Of a DNA stretch of 64,000 bases, positions 46,501 to 49,789 are shown piece by piece; the stretch's first letter is position 1; the number at the start of each line of letters is the position of its first letter. The notes beneath the pieces are model-generated. The model ran no database searches and was not told where the DNA came from. It was given only the letters and a program-made list of their open reading frames with translations. Source of the DNA: Candidatus Marinamargulisbacteria bacterium (lineage in GTDB: Bacteria; Margulisbacteria; Marinamargulisbacteria; UBA817); the NCBI GenBank assembly GCA_049889215.1, contig JBMHDV010000020.1, positions 13,279 through 77,278 on the forward strand. The letters run 5' to 3'. A program made the translations under genes and the position numbers.

Positions 46501-46725
46501 GATAGTAACCTCATCCATAAAATAATAATTCAAAATGGCATCAAATCGGCCAGCCTGCCAGTAATCAATAAACCCATCTTGTCGCAACAATGCGGCAAAC
46601 GTATCGGTAGATTCACTGGGCACATGCGGCTGAATGTGATCCTTAAACTGATCAACAAATCGTGCCTGTTGCACCTGCTGCAATTGTATTTGATCGTTTA
46701 TTCCCCTCAATTGATCCCCTTTCAA
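25525..46725 (-). CDS. giant multidomain protein (~7066 aa) with two TGc-like cysteine-peptidase cores, charged coiled-coil and Gly/Ser/Thr low-complexity regions; toxin/effector-like
   Basis: 21.2 kb uninterrupted ORF. The track start at 46725 is TTG and an in-frame stop lies at 46749..46747. The first ATG is codon 70 (46518), so the exact start is uncertain. GGGDCEDLAHLAASVL...GHTILTYTLDGQRFVIDPT lies at aa ~275 and QGDCEDFAVLAASLAV...SHTVLLYDDTGDF at aa ~1783. Confidence 0.8.
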   Translation of the reverse strand: MKGDQLRGINDQIQLQQVQQARFVDQFKDHIQPHVPSESTDTFAALLRQDGFIDYWQAGRFDAILNYYFMDEVTINHPIIDSMVQTVLGDVPVVSDASRLLVAAHQRLAPFLLQRPVSARALVNLELAVMRAFFEHHGQSCPDIHAYDARTVFNEAEFGILWPEAGGWKHLGLTASQVDLLPMDNYERVELMGRQQMMMYPNGSRYVQAETVINAMHVGVADLVATAFASGYDGMSVQDVAARVAEIMADFSYIPEPVHRWQSLDEILALGGGDCEDLAHLAASVLTRAMVDAGFSDIAESIELMAGAVGTTGALVGHTILTYTLDGQRFVIDPTMAQGVQSFVAYDRVAGFHALMSYGASSSLDALAEAQRIDTAAKPAFKDVANNKQKFLTAMGLGSAKLSAPDPNDDNDPTGYYREATHYYTVVKENTGKVDSNSKAFWETPGTSALDTVNQGASSAPPPVVEPVGVGDIVNVDVNAKYFNTEVGITGFIEAPMNRLKAMSENLTKTTLNKYVGQTWNGYYVYDYARVMADYSRVLDEIQILNCYLSAIMSYANTFNWIGSQLMNEQQPHSEVQARQRFLRSVQGAVFKMVEEVEYFISQFTQTYDDLNQGIYSTYKQEVNMKFQNLGSALLDVFFSGAETFKKNIMMEKVEAEYWYVMNKNREKVLQASITMPDSKALGKYINFSDQYNDILNTSPGQPGSFAALARQMELDILGDRRIPIIFNGQTRYLDPIDFYFNYYKKDGVKVYANAYDPVGWANEFTNNNEIFRQDQFKSFFEGAGLEGMNALSQLDDWVINNLKDTTIQNAAPRWSGTPLNVTKDNFKTTDLYKYIHSKAMPFYERFESEAYKNLTSLWETDYTKRIYYMEKKRRFDELDFVDIFEFNTNGKIDSPAITSTAFWNKLKSEKHVDGDGRFTQTLVKQMYEEKKPPEKSFYQFITGESKPNGLSDNDDQALQARFYSMVGLDDYNFSNIEYDFNRIQLYSRQTGQPGYVDSFANKDISSSMDTRIDLSKTDDENLAGLTNTSKSTYWGENDPTYYQFVRREFIEGADPNMESAQSETTNTAKNSAVAQSESKPPQSDIVVKDWSQVNTSLSLVINTGSSSNPAFYTYTIQEMLDVLDDDDSFFDSTPWVITVDDQNKFDNKVKDGANLDPKVDPPTKFSNSLGKNFSSFGANWSTRDFLERQDGDEDSRYTVPTLPGIPSSSSAQAQTAPVASGLGYSYDYGKSERLPFDTRVVSKETVGNFQNQGGMAIGPMKYFVAGEDYNNLAFNWRRHTAQFSTKTLDQIQQITELNSLEKELTPVVSFNDESFVIPFTKVKEVLGKNDDDTITFMNEFVGNRNVSPVFKQLENKPGYYQLTGYHFTNTFFQDKKANASIFQSDPGSLKATLHDHVKIDYYNNWHDQTLQDMKNYIYTGTDYLGKDFLNDKHYQLIRWVGEVSQHPLHGVERLPTMAVDWYALKNAHNAMLTMQNRIRLFYFVTQAYVASYQSIAKRLDGVATSGTAPMEGDMQVVEKRISKQMELFSQINAKTAQFTEVNNAYYRQKMATIRAGDLGIMVAKAIQLYSPLVAAGLYFAHLPFAVAAKGYFTAAGLLATTNPPLSAVKSALGTANETTANAWLTAAQVAQTFANSAKLAEEGAKFQMETRYPSKMAVDVLSESTNAQNITSAGDFAKPYTADAIDDARTEFRKASGYKSPITFINGDTWLASTNGKWNVPGGLVTLLTGIGNGTDTEKLKSIFNKVSPKASGSQFQYVSEGLGADVWLSPDKFATIKQGDCEDFAVLAASLAVKKGISENKLRVVNGLVGFGDHFNAAPQSHTVLLYDDTGDFNLRNVNGKKEFSKTDIKVIDLTLGLNDGEFYTLADYENAFGSFQPMYSYDSPNSNSANLGYGFEDFEIFGYNASAYEGPTPKGPKDFTGLTDGKGYTYDIDQNSYRKPKLTVKKNGSVVEERFLTTKIDYGETSFSTVNPDGVAVSIMLTGNFDSPPKHTSTDMNDIESTMANENSTGTPLPDFRGVNTSNADSEYGGKSNSQPAYQSKGISGINFSAGSNAGMVAGDVVTNQMRTFLTLEMEEHALVSEMFDVAVEPIDLSANNTGYYGYDWPKFQMLQRRLFVVQLKMKKTFLVMKLKTEFISLIGTRLGEFERQRVSSAMEGIYNSHFTKMANSVEGLQTAMQTQQAIGQANYESDFRRAEAAWSYGLEVLAFVQTESVNWLGRQPILSQSLSGVIDVMKRFFQYVVIPQNPFYLKSVDSLRTNTQMSSSTSELTAIKELYNLDQDAYAALGFNNSIPEGKLYNSVSTFPHQEKVLDNMAQWVTQNEMRLNDDLGDTTKAYTLTLDEVVNEWWSDYGYDSPKSNTIYSGTTDIASNTKGVASASLEDHVLYRLSTRHYPGDGNKLMFFDSAIYKMSGAKLISDEDFFDWIQGRIAAEMMTQMYFTMVIASYRSLTNKLGFSSTGGNDAMQASTGFTGEIGQHYFTMHNTLTIWEQLLIDANNKRFEKMKELDKLILEGIIAVVALAFSQVGALASSVGSKMGMAVRILASVAMVISEAATQITDIIYNFVDGLEENQVLEKADRNKKNKKETDRDKDDPNDSEAEKTEKQLRRDRKNVGQETLKTAGNTTTGFGSTFVNQSAKIKMKRRAQEMFKMMEVMQKVGASKAEMIKNLAASLGASTAQASIGGGLSQLQGMAKQATDRAIDTRFQLMEAVANRANDISGAMRAAIMGAVSLGVTQAVKQKMKSKKKEKAKDQSSKVSSTNVKKSSKKDGKKNKAKDEMLEELLDSVGDLVAGLVSSLISGIAAAVMKDERKASQKQLAGEAQAIGEEMGEDVDEEAKQLSGLEARAMSAQFTSANAKELAGMNDLISQLIQQSAQSIVTAIKKAFNKESKIKNARKKLAKDKAMREEGIAEGDAAVEALFTAEGDSNGDKEGDFEGRLSGIATKMSSTLMPDADELDVDASLEDSANRMIELSEIADKKFDEASLENADDEELETKAETGPPLQRFKARLKLAWKNVKKGASNIGAALKAFKQGVVGLKSLIKNPGQIKAKDVRSMLASVAKSAAYFGQRNAVTSKEIAQERAERVKENAVAMALFAQHADEDDSGESAKKRREFLAKNPKLVAKVLSDINARAQINSNGLDPSIATEMLQELMSDDSPEMQGLAAGVIANMPDNAAANMENVMDVFMEESDPSKLLGFLDKVSQAGGAKVVRAMLDSGSPEESENLQDFNVATQENFRQLLTSPDAARQVANLRARGLPDMRSRLNHKLKNNKTGLTRQLSDLNNDIKNGAAGSDANEKRNLMASMTELYATGDPQKKMGVGVLNKKEEKAITDVMQSLSGGDTNTLQESLETALRDAGDDKEKKQRIHELGGKLGVDLTVPPNESTEVGSDAAAEASENELLRNLDALGSAGGGGATESRPEAAVSAVAGKGAGNSAALKELVKKRQVAQHKFRDDKQRLKQGQAKAGEIDEQLKLQGSEVDALKAKIAEKKARQAEIDKKQDAGSQPTPEMLEKQKELRESKTAEEDIRKALEEDKNQLKDYIAQRPEFDRKKERKKAGDAAELAMELQAGQHLLMDAKAGTKERQKTIVVKELIKMYGVKPDSKAAKLIEDTVTGKGGFLSRVDAESKNQIQDIIMELNRNPQIKKSGGSAIRFSRVASNQVFQEMNKALNDSEVMKIKRKLPPEMKGMIDRGMTVDEVIKETGKLVKEQMDKAAGIMAVLDAGGPVDEKLEKKIKNKKKDILNRTKALEEAVNERKENEKAVKELEESGGGAQLSSEEMDQLDDESFQLDVDISDLEQQLEKKEKEMAATGERLNELKKSNKALADTVKKDKESMAKAKAEEKAAQNGIAIPSGAKGQNGSGGGAVTPGEHNAKSGAEKVAAAAGKGTPAATLGVGKGGVEGEMSASQQKVGGNSTPNGVAMTGGAVSSGATGLTSTGAIQGSEAGGGGGDTGGDSVTGTVTTAGNQGGTTANSTVGTTTTSSSNSGAVSPASQPIPNGKGDSPLEKAGGGAGTGPAVATGSHATQQLNIQQASSGGAGGGGGAGGGNTREALESKVAAGLLSTVARLAGLEDTGSHVPVDEALTGKPESINFDESDAIVKRIIESANAAKGSEAAGVVRDFLSAAGIDIAKDKDIPEIKASQLSASLKVTKSAGDQFLKNTAKETTGQVTQTDPDNNVKPVDKQHIYNLIETVVKGLSSAQALPVKQDQIDTNAKVDTSKGDNRVDGVGGGKPVGNINPDSKAGQQKPDTKVEQSTNMTPPKEVTQTDPQKESQKTGLNERQTNVLEQLKRDIKASKTAAASKQQAVNDAKSDLGAAQAKVDDNKAETAKLEGKKTIAGKLISTLKAEIEGLKTAQFTEKKNELGAKVSLLKSTLADIGKQVGVYPVPSKLEDITYDETYNDGTVNGQVIDLSGDDKVEQRQAFETLLNSARDLDKEIKQTEAEINNLASAPKEPHPGIEGLEKKIQGLEQQIDGFNQQIGENKTALRSLNYKVDVARKGLAKAQTVLRGETDVIAQKENELRRTEAKFESESLQQVTPSSGSEQLSDAQFKRGQITRMIEHLESKIQNEEGIIRQLTPQVGTETRGKNINNKNKSKGRSLRLAKRQLKNLTNELRKRKEHLKELDAQFPTLKGDAVPPKTEVSSPTPATTPATTAAPKKPNYNSCKAVVAAMKSEQGKPLDEFQAMKELQSLIESKQDEGTLSKDFLQDFAQAVQTMQKNDVKNPLMVLDMIHETLPSGKFNKERPIAHQLMQGLLRQAEGKDTEFSKMVGGHINNHPEFLADMTQVSREGIDVPLDIIQTVHKNSAVGSDRVAVATARQEFRHLFEKTDNNPSPLEDEKTLNTAIQDLKMMIRVGIEEFKQEQQSGVDEHSQDLANLQDMLHTIQTFQKEKTTTPLQAQAVLCEVLSHSSQMDSDILGHAKMDEPLKQLKGTIKKQMGEKLEAGNLNDKDLRVLGTLARLDSASFNELVGGNPTNLQNAVEQNFDKFSDEEKMNLAVKLLPSSSQDGQVTTTEGGAPELPSQDGQVTTTEGDAPALPSKDDKVTVSTPENKALNAKLQPFLKKNILSMIAEHKIPEQTLSDLIQVLPEDKQLEATAMKAVIDGKPEDFPTNMTAEGLDAVMANASDAQLQLLFSHKNNASQVVDLLTNTTMFAEHKGDLSTAKATVKEDNKQIARLDQALVGLNKDLAGSKKEISSINKQLMNPLLKLPNNKNKLTELKNRLAELKNKKAETETAIKENKANKQQLIADKKDALNTQSPVAGLNRELVDLNKELRSINSKLGQKTTIRNQTKFNRLHKQKVALEKNIRQTQTKKQQLLKSKPLRSLKRLQKNPELATMLMTEAVDLSQDNELGKQLSDLSASGSSPKFNLFKALDKNTQEHVLAALPPDTATSFVESAVNELAQNNNDAELIDLTGTLAQTRPEAFQAMSDTAMLSLAKTMEQSETPGMFTAKGKDPFGQVVQALSPSQLKTLAQTGQPTGKIAAALRQNNPAALLANVYDQNTTPEEIPQFTESFVNAFKKDDGTMDWQALGKAGNKNPKLMAKVLNQLHQNSESDTLVKELGDLATAGESLEKGIVLAMIEQNNLEFMTSFDAMPASIQDLARDIILPTRPAQTAAPALPQKADETSQKGFAGPKMSAKTQAHLLGLSLGLSATALMGDSAKPAINQALMSKIKEAPEQAARIRNAAQGLGQFGANVTAQVTLAEVLQDPDKIDEMSDDELTTMIGLADFNAIPTDQNKNILNIIQKIAPRQEEDQKTYDDNLKQAGSDIKADDLKWTSWAGRHLDSATRRKAAKFFAVRTAKQQYKQSNKSALEKKKDSLNALKTTLCVRGYANAQELQSVGSRGDGAGEGVIGSLVTDDFNTPSTFVDALSPNTSEPKKGETAEQQQTRIRQEFQNRLSSDVRQWHTAVRKEARAETTENANVLLRQQEGVLQNRMDVMESNLQTPEALKPLDDYLDQPDSAKVNESQARVLVNDIISQQQDVDPQTAVKLMSALEKQHPGIADQSFKTCLQDMIKDMIKGMDADTVKTVFQGASIGVQQTIIDSVDDPKVKSEFQQSQIAQTVMNQLSAPWTGIVSSSQIDQQQLAFQADVETALSALPDGVNKQDFLAGLIDQLPVSFRSQGPNSNAIQLARLRGLQQTIQKDSSLTDSQKAGLNQTMCQTAVAALLTSADHQLPVSDRSLDHMAHVLYGLDPASQDGAAGTLANHMAPADFKRLQSRVALHCRATKSTQSTTLATTLRKAKKTAMYATGSMSKMAQTSYVVNSKSEKLASLSKEKLQAEMAGIIDDKTLTTEVKAEILSELLVKNPGEFSNALKELNPRPLSTLETAKKGLESAKKFVNLGDGPAEEDRTTQDNILGAMFERVADDPGLKQLFDDTFSGRFNSQKSMLNPSNTMAQLNRFLLSMDPTNPESDNFQGYQPEMVAIRSSRQTELTKSMNRMAANPKHQAALDKFLGSTDNSYTLASYSSSLGADQLKGMAENDHLSTGTMEKMLDSASYLRNYATFSRVPGKMQETMTNLTTGLVDSLHENPGGVNEDVAPELPTKDAASSSTNIKSNDQRLNLLQTAIMHQPQGHLKTRSEALSDTLTNGPSNWETNQFKKDLNSNIVKSSRKQPDVGLALSRKLLQENGKPGEAQALGIMRGNHDESLLEKVGDVIANTKPGKFLFGKHEEFDLGAHLNMADDTDLTLAAMSYVKNPKLVSSPHFNSASIAKDIKGNSTQVKVLAKAVEQGYVSASDLNAVAKSLGDDGLAKIIKNAYSSPDKANVSDDSTNQVAKEMKDLANATDPKMKESMDALLPKLMGAVAKEAKPAKARATLKVVFNALDGNVPNSDPPVLPTKDGATVTTHEAPSLPAKDASQGVDAQAKSDIHKTLKDNIVASMSDFMVEPAGENYEFEPNETFTSVFGKRLQDVIDAPMDRDVGQKLKAIKEDLDDVKPKGRFVEEIKKEGIREAVGEKVSPKTVRDLFKAHDLDPNSVTNLFVDQTDNGYANFQQMLNMKVTNAARRGEQVHPNLKQQLKFVKEGCKDQSPQQFNQDVRKILDEARIS
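31560..31700. repeat. in-frame ~51-bp tandem repeat (~2.5 copies) inside the 7066-aa ORF
   Basis: actcggcaatGccggTgcaTcacCttcagttgttgttacttgcccatcctg repeated; encodes SQDGQVTTTEG(G/D)AP(E/A)LP. Confidence 0.8.
34530..35150. repeat. Gly/Ser/Thr/Ala-rich low-complexity coding tract inside the 7066-aa ORF
   Basis: Encodes ...GGGAVTPGE...SEAGGGGGDTGGDSVTGTVTTAGNQGGTTANSTVGTTTTSSSNSG...SSGGAGGGGGAGGGN; codon-level GGN/ACN runs visible in the DNA. Confidence 0.75.
35385..35394. repeat. C10 homopolymer on the plus strand (G10 on the coding strand) inside the 7066-aa ORF
   Basis: tgtgCCCCCCCCCCgctttc; encodes the GGG of ...EESGGGAQLSSEEMDQ. Confidence 0.9.
41150..41430 (-). other. TGc-like core 2 of the 7066-aa protein
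   Basis: Cys codon 41379..41377 in QGDCEDFAVLAASLAVKKG; His candidate in PQSHTVLLYDDTGDF. Confidence 0.5.
45680..45950 (-). other. TGc-like Cys-His-Asp core 1 of the 7066-aa protein
   Basis: Cys codon 45903..45901; GHTILTYTLDGQRFVIDPT closely parallels the transglutaminase-core HAWvEVYlpG.GWVpvDPT block. Confidence 0.6.
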
Positions 46726-46812
46726 AGCCAGTGATACATTGCCATATCACATTTTTTGACTCCTATTAGAGTATCGTTAAAATTCAACTAAAACTTGTGC
46801 AAAAAATAAAAA

Positions 46813-47367
46813 TTAGTTGGCCCGGTCTTCGGGTGGCATGGCATAATACACATCCATTAAGCGTGTACCAGTAAAAACATTTCCTGTCTTAATAACCACA
46901 TCTCGAGGAATCATGCGTAAAATTTGTTGCGCCACCAACACCCCATCGGAAGTAAGTGGTAAATCCTCATAATAACGAACCAAATTCATAAATAAATTCA
47001 TTTTATCTTTAAATGCTTGCTGTCGAATGGCAGGTCGAAAATAAGGGTTCTTAAAATACTCATCCAACAAAAATTGCATATACTTTGATTCCGCTAAAGT
47101 TGCAAAAATAGTAATAATTTGTTGCTTTACCTTATCTGATGATTTGGGGAAATAGACCAACATCAAATCATCATCAATTTCTTTAATTCGATACATGAGT
47201 AATTGAACAATAAAAACCGTTAGCTCTAAATCACTGGTCTCTTCCAATAATTCAAGCAAGTCCGCCAAAGGAAACACCGCTGTATCATCCTTTAAATAGT
47301 CCAGCGCCATCATCAATGCCTGACCATCCATATCATCATACATATCCATTAACGAACGCTTTGTCAT
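46813..47367 (-). CDS. hypothetical acidic alpha-helical protein encoded immediately upstream of the 7066-aa gene
   Basis: 184-aa ORF, D/E/L/M-rich, no motif recognised; 87-bp gap to the giant-gene start. Confidence 0.5.
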   Translation of the reverse strand: MTKRSLMDMYDDMDGQALMMALDYLKDDTAVFPLADLLELLEETSDLELTVFIVQLLMYRIKEIDDDLMLVYFPKSSDKVKQQIITIFATLAESKYMQFLLDEYFKNPYFRPAIRQQAFKDKMNLFMNLVRYYEDLPLTSDGVLVAQQILRMIPRDVVIKTGNVFTGTRLMDVYYAMPPEDRAN

Positions 47368-47589
47368 TGAGTTTTATCATACCGATTTAAATCAATAAAA
47401 ACCACGTATTTAAGTTCATTTATCAATGCATCATGTTTTTTCAATGCATCCAACACTTGTTTTTGCCCGATACTTTAAATACGAAGGGAGGGATGTCCAA
47501 CCAAAGAACCAAATAAGAAAGCAAACTAATAATTAAACTTAAATTTAATGGCTACCGCCATTTAAGACTTAATAAAGGGAGGAAAACTA
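47368..47589. promoter_or_regulatory. 222-bp divergent intergenic region upstream of the plus-strand operon and the minus-strand 184-aa gene
   Basis: Only sizeable non-coding gap in this part of the window; ends in a strong RBS (AAGGGAGG, 8 nt before the ATG at 47590). No confident -35/-10 assignment. Confidence 0.3.
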
Positions 47590-47850
47590 ATGGCAAACGT
47601 AAGTTTTAAATCATTAATTGACGTTGTTAAAGATCACGCTAGCAACTACGAATCCGCACTCGTCGCACTTGAATCAAGTGCAAACTCATCAAAAGGAACC
47701 AGTGGAAACCCAGGTTCTGTAAATATTACGGAAGCAACTGTGGCTACCACACGCGTGCAATTAACTCAATCATTAACAGAAATGGCCACGGGTATTGCTA
47801 AAAATGCAGCAGACCACACCAAGAGCCTTGGCCGTAAAATAGGAGGATAA
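47590..47850 (+). CDS. small (86 aa) alpha-helical protein, paralog A of a tandem triplet with invariant C-terminal ~40 residues ending in GG
   Basis: MANVSFKSLIDVVKDH...GNPGS...ATVATTRVQLTQSLTEMATGIAKNAADHTKSLGRKIGG; strong RBS; its last codons (aaa ata gga gga taa) provide the AGGAGG RBS for the next copy. Confidence 0.75.
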   Translation: MANVSFKSLIDVVKDHASNYESALVALESSANSSKGTSGNPGSVNITEATVATTRVQLTQSLTEMATGIAKNAADHTKSLGRKIGG

Positions 47851-47853
47851 TGC

Positions 47854-48114
47854 ATGACAAACGTAAGTTTTAGATCATTAATTGACGTTGTTAAAGATCA
47901 CGCTAGCAACTACGAATCAGCACTCGTCGCACTTGAATCAAGTGCAAACTCATCAAAAGGAACCAGTGGAAACCCAGGCTCTGTAAATATTACGGACGCA
48001 ACTGTAGCCACCACACGCGTGCAATTAACTCAATCATTAACAGAAATGGCCACCGGCATTGCTAAAAATGCAGCAGATCACACCAAGAGCCTTGGCCGTA
48101 AAATAGGAGGATAA
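47854..48114 (+). CDS. small (86 aa) paralog B, 4 aa differences from paralog A
   Basis: ~96% nt identity to 47590..47850; only K7R, E47D and two N-terminal substitutions. Confidence 0.75.
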   Translation: MTNVSFRSLIDVVKDHASNYESALVALESSANSSKGTSGNPGSVNITDATVATTRVQLTQSLTEMATGIAKNAADHTKSLGRKIGG

Positions 48115-48213
48115 TAAATACATTAAAAAAAATAAATACAATTTAGATTGGCTCGCCTTCGATAACTGTTATGAAGTACAATTAAAGTACGAATTTATTT
48201 GAAGGAGGCAGAA

Positions 48214-48468
48214 ATGTCAGGACAAACACCAAATCAGGGAGTAAACCTTGAAGCTTTTGTAAACATGGTCGAACAAACCGCTGGAGAATATGAAGCAGCA
48301 ATTAACAAACTTCATGACAGTGCTGAATCAACCGCCTTTAATATTACAAAAGCAACCGTTGCAACCACTGAAATTCAAGTCAATCAATCATTAACAGAAA
48401 TGGCTGCAGGAATTGCAAAAAACGCAGCGGATCACACCAAAAACCTTGGTCGAAAAATTGGTGGATAA
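48214..48468 (+). CDS. small (84 aa from the ATG; track start at 48199 is TTG) divergent paralog C with the same conserved C-terminal module
   Basis: GAAGGAGG RBS 6 nt before the ATG at 48214; C-terminus ATVATTEIQVNQSLTEMAAGIAKNAADHTKNLGRKIGG. Confidence 0.7.
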   Translation: MSGQTPNQGVNLEAFVNMVEQTAGEYEAAINKLHDSAESTAFNITKATVATTEIQVNQSLTEMAAGIAKNAADHTKNLGRKIGG

Positions 48469-48494
48469 ATAAATTAATAAGGTAAGGAATATAT

Positions 48495-48794
48495 ATGGCA
48501 TCAGTTTTTAGTTCACCGGTATCTCAATCAAACACTGTAAAAAGCGATATTTTTGGTAGTGCATTTGATTCTACAGTCGATATCTACAAATCATTAAACC
48601 AATTTGCAGGGTCCGGTGAGGATGGGAAAGTAACGTTACCCTCTGGCCAAGAAATTGATGTTAATACGTTAACTGGAATGACAACCTATAGTACCTACCT
48701 TCAATTTTTACAAGCACATAAGGAGCTCATCGATAACATATTTGTTTTCGTAAAAAATCTCGAAAACAAATTGGATAATTTGTTATCGTCGTAA
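48495..48794 (+). CDS. hypothetical 99-aa protein of the operon
   Basis: ATG with an upstream AAGGAA; no motif recognised. Confidence 0.5.
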   Translation: MASVFSSPVSQSNTVKSDIFGSAFDSTVDIYKSLNQFAGSGEDGKVTLPSGQEIDVNTLTGMTTYSTYLQFLQAHKELIDNIFVFVKNLENKLDNLLSS

Positions 48795-48798
48795 TCTC

Positions 48799-49779
48799 AT
48801 GGCTATCATTAACCCATTTTTACTAGCTGGTCCAGATCAAATTGAAGCGTACCAAAAATCTAGAATTAAAGAATGGGAATCCAAAAAGAAAGAATCCCAT
48901 GTGGATTTTGACCATTATTTCGATGAACTCATTGACCAGTGGAGTATCGATGATTTTAACGAAACCATGCTGGATATCGATGCATTTGATGAAGTGGGTG
49001 ACTTTGAGCCTCTTCAAGCCAAAGCTATCCAAAGTAAATTAAAAAACGCCAATATCTTAAACCAAAATGGCTACATCAATCTGAAACACTTAGATCAAAC
49101 TCAGATCATTGATTTTTTAAATGACCTACCCTTTTTAACAGATGCGCAGAAAAAAAGCATCATCAACATACTAACGGACATCCAAAAGAATGTTCCCACT
49201 AACTTTGAGACCTTTTCAAAAACAATGTTTACTTTCTACCCCCAAAACAATCAAGGAACAATTACAGAATCACAATCAAAAGCCATTTGGGATCAATTAA
49301 ATCAACATAATATTATTGATGACTATGGCGTGTTATTATACAAACCAAACAGTGATGATTTAACAACGGCAGTTTCCAAACTAACGGGTTTAACCCGCGA
49401 GCAAAAAGATCGTGTACTGGCGTTATTAAATCAACACCCTGAGCTATCGTATCATAACTATATCAAAGATATTAAAAATCAAGGTGGCAGCAATGCCCTG
49501 CCAACCGCAGGCATTTATTTGCCAGGTGAAGCAAATGTAAAAAAATTTACAGGCTTGTCACAAGAAGAACTGAATTACATCCGAATCATTGCTGTAATGG
49601 AATGGAATGTCATGTTAATTTCTCAAAAATCAATTCATAAAAGTCGTAAAAAATCGATTAGCAAAGTTAAATCAGATAAAAAACAAACTGAAAAAGAAAA
49701 CATGGAACACAACGAAAAAATAGCCGCAAAATACCGGGAAGAATTTCAGCGATCAATCAAAAAAAGCAAAAAAAAGTAG
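48799..49779 (+). CDS. hypothetical 326-aa protein with two internal ~50-aa repeats and a Lys-rich tail
   Basis: Repeats AKAIQSKLKNANILNQNGYINLKHLDQTQIIDFLNDLPFLTDAQKKSIINIL and SKAIWDQLNQHNIIDDYGVLLYKPNSDDLTTAVSKLTGLTREQKDRVLALL; K-rich C-terminus. Confidence 0.55.
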   Translation: MAIINPFLLAGPDQIEAYQKSRIKEWESKKKESHVDFDHYFDELIDQWSIDDFNETMLDIDAFDEVGDFEPLQAKAIQSKLKNANILNQNGYINLKHLDQTQIIDFLNDLPFLTDAQKKSIINILTDIQKNVPTNFETFSKTMFTFYPQNNQGTITESQSKAIWDQLNQHNIIDDYGVLLYKPNSDDLTTAVSKLTGLTREQKDRVLALLNQHPELSYHNYIKDIKNQGGSNALPTAGIYLPGEANVKKFTGLSQEELNYIRIIAVMEWNVMLISQKSIHKSRKKSISKVKSDKKQTEKENMEHNEKIAAKYREEFQRSIKKSKKK

Positions 49780-49789
49780 GGGGATTTAA

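Larger units (their letters stand above)
47590..48114 (+). repeat. 264-bp tandem direct duplication (two near-identical gene copies)
   Basis: Unit 47590..47853 is repeated at 47854..48117 with ~11 substitutions. Confidence 0.9.

Noticed and set aside
47465-47473. GCCCGATAC box resembling the -10 element (GCCGATAA) of sigma-28/FliA promoters, upstream of the operon that contains the rod-family gene
   Set aside because: No matching TAAA -35 element lies at the required 15-bp spacing, and a single 8/9 match in AT-rich intergenic DNA is not significant. Kept only as a pointer for promoter mapping.
47590-48468. Reading the C-terminal Gly-Gly of the three small paralogs as a ubiquitin-like modifier (ThiS/MoaD/SAMP-style)
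   Set aside because: No E1-like (ThiF/MoeB), JAMM or sulfur-transfer gene is in the neighbourhood. The proteins look all-alpha rather than beta-grasp, and the GG codons double as the downstream RBS, which explains their conservation at the DNA level.
47590-48468. Calling the small paralogs canonical T3SS needle subunits (SctF/PrgI/YscF)
   Set aside because: Size and helix-loop-helix layout fit, but the characteristic C-terminal needle motifs (Q/W/N-rich ...IxNF/KI end, PxxP turn) are absent. Left as an open hypothesis, not an annotation.
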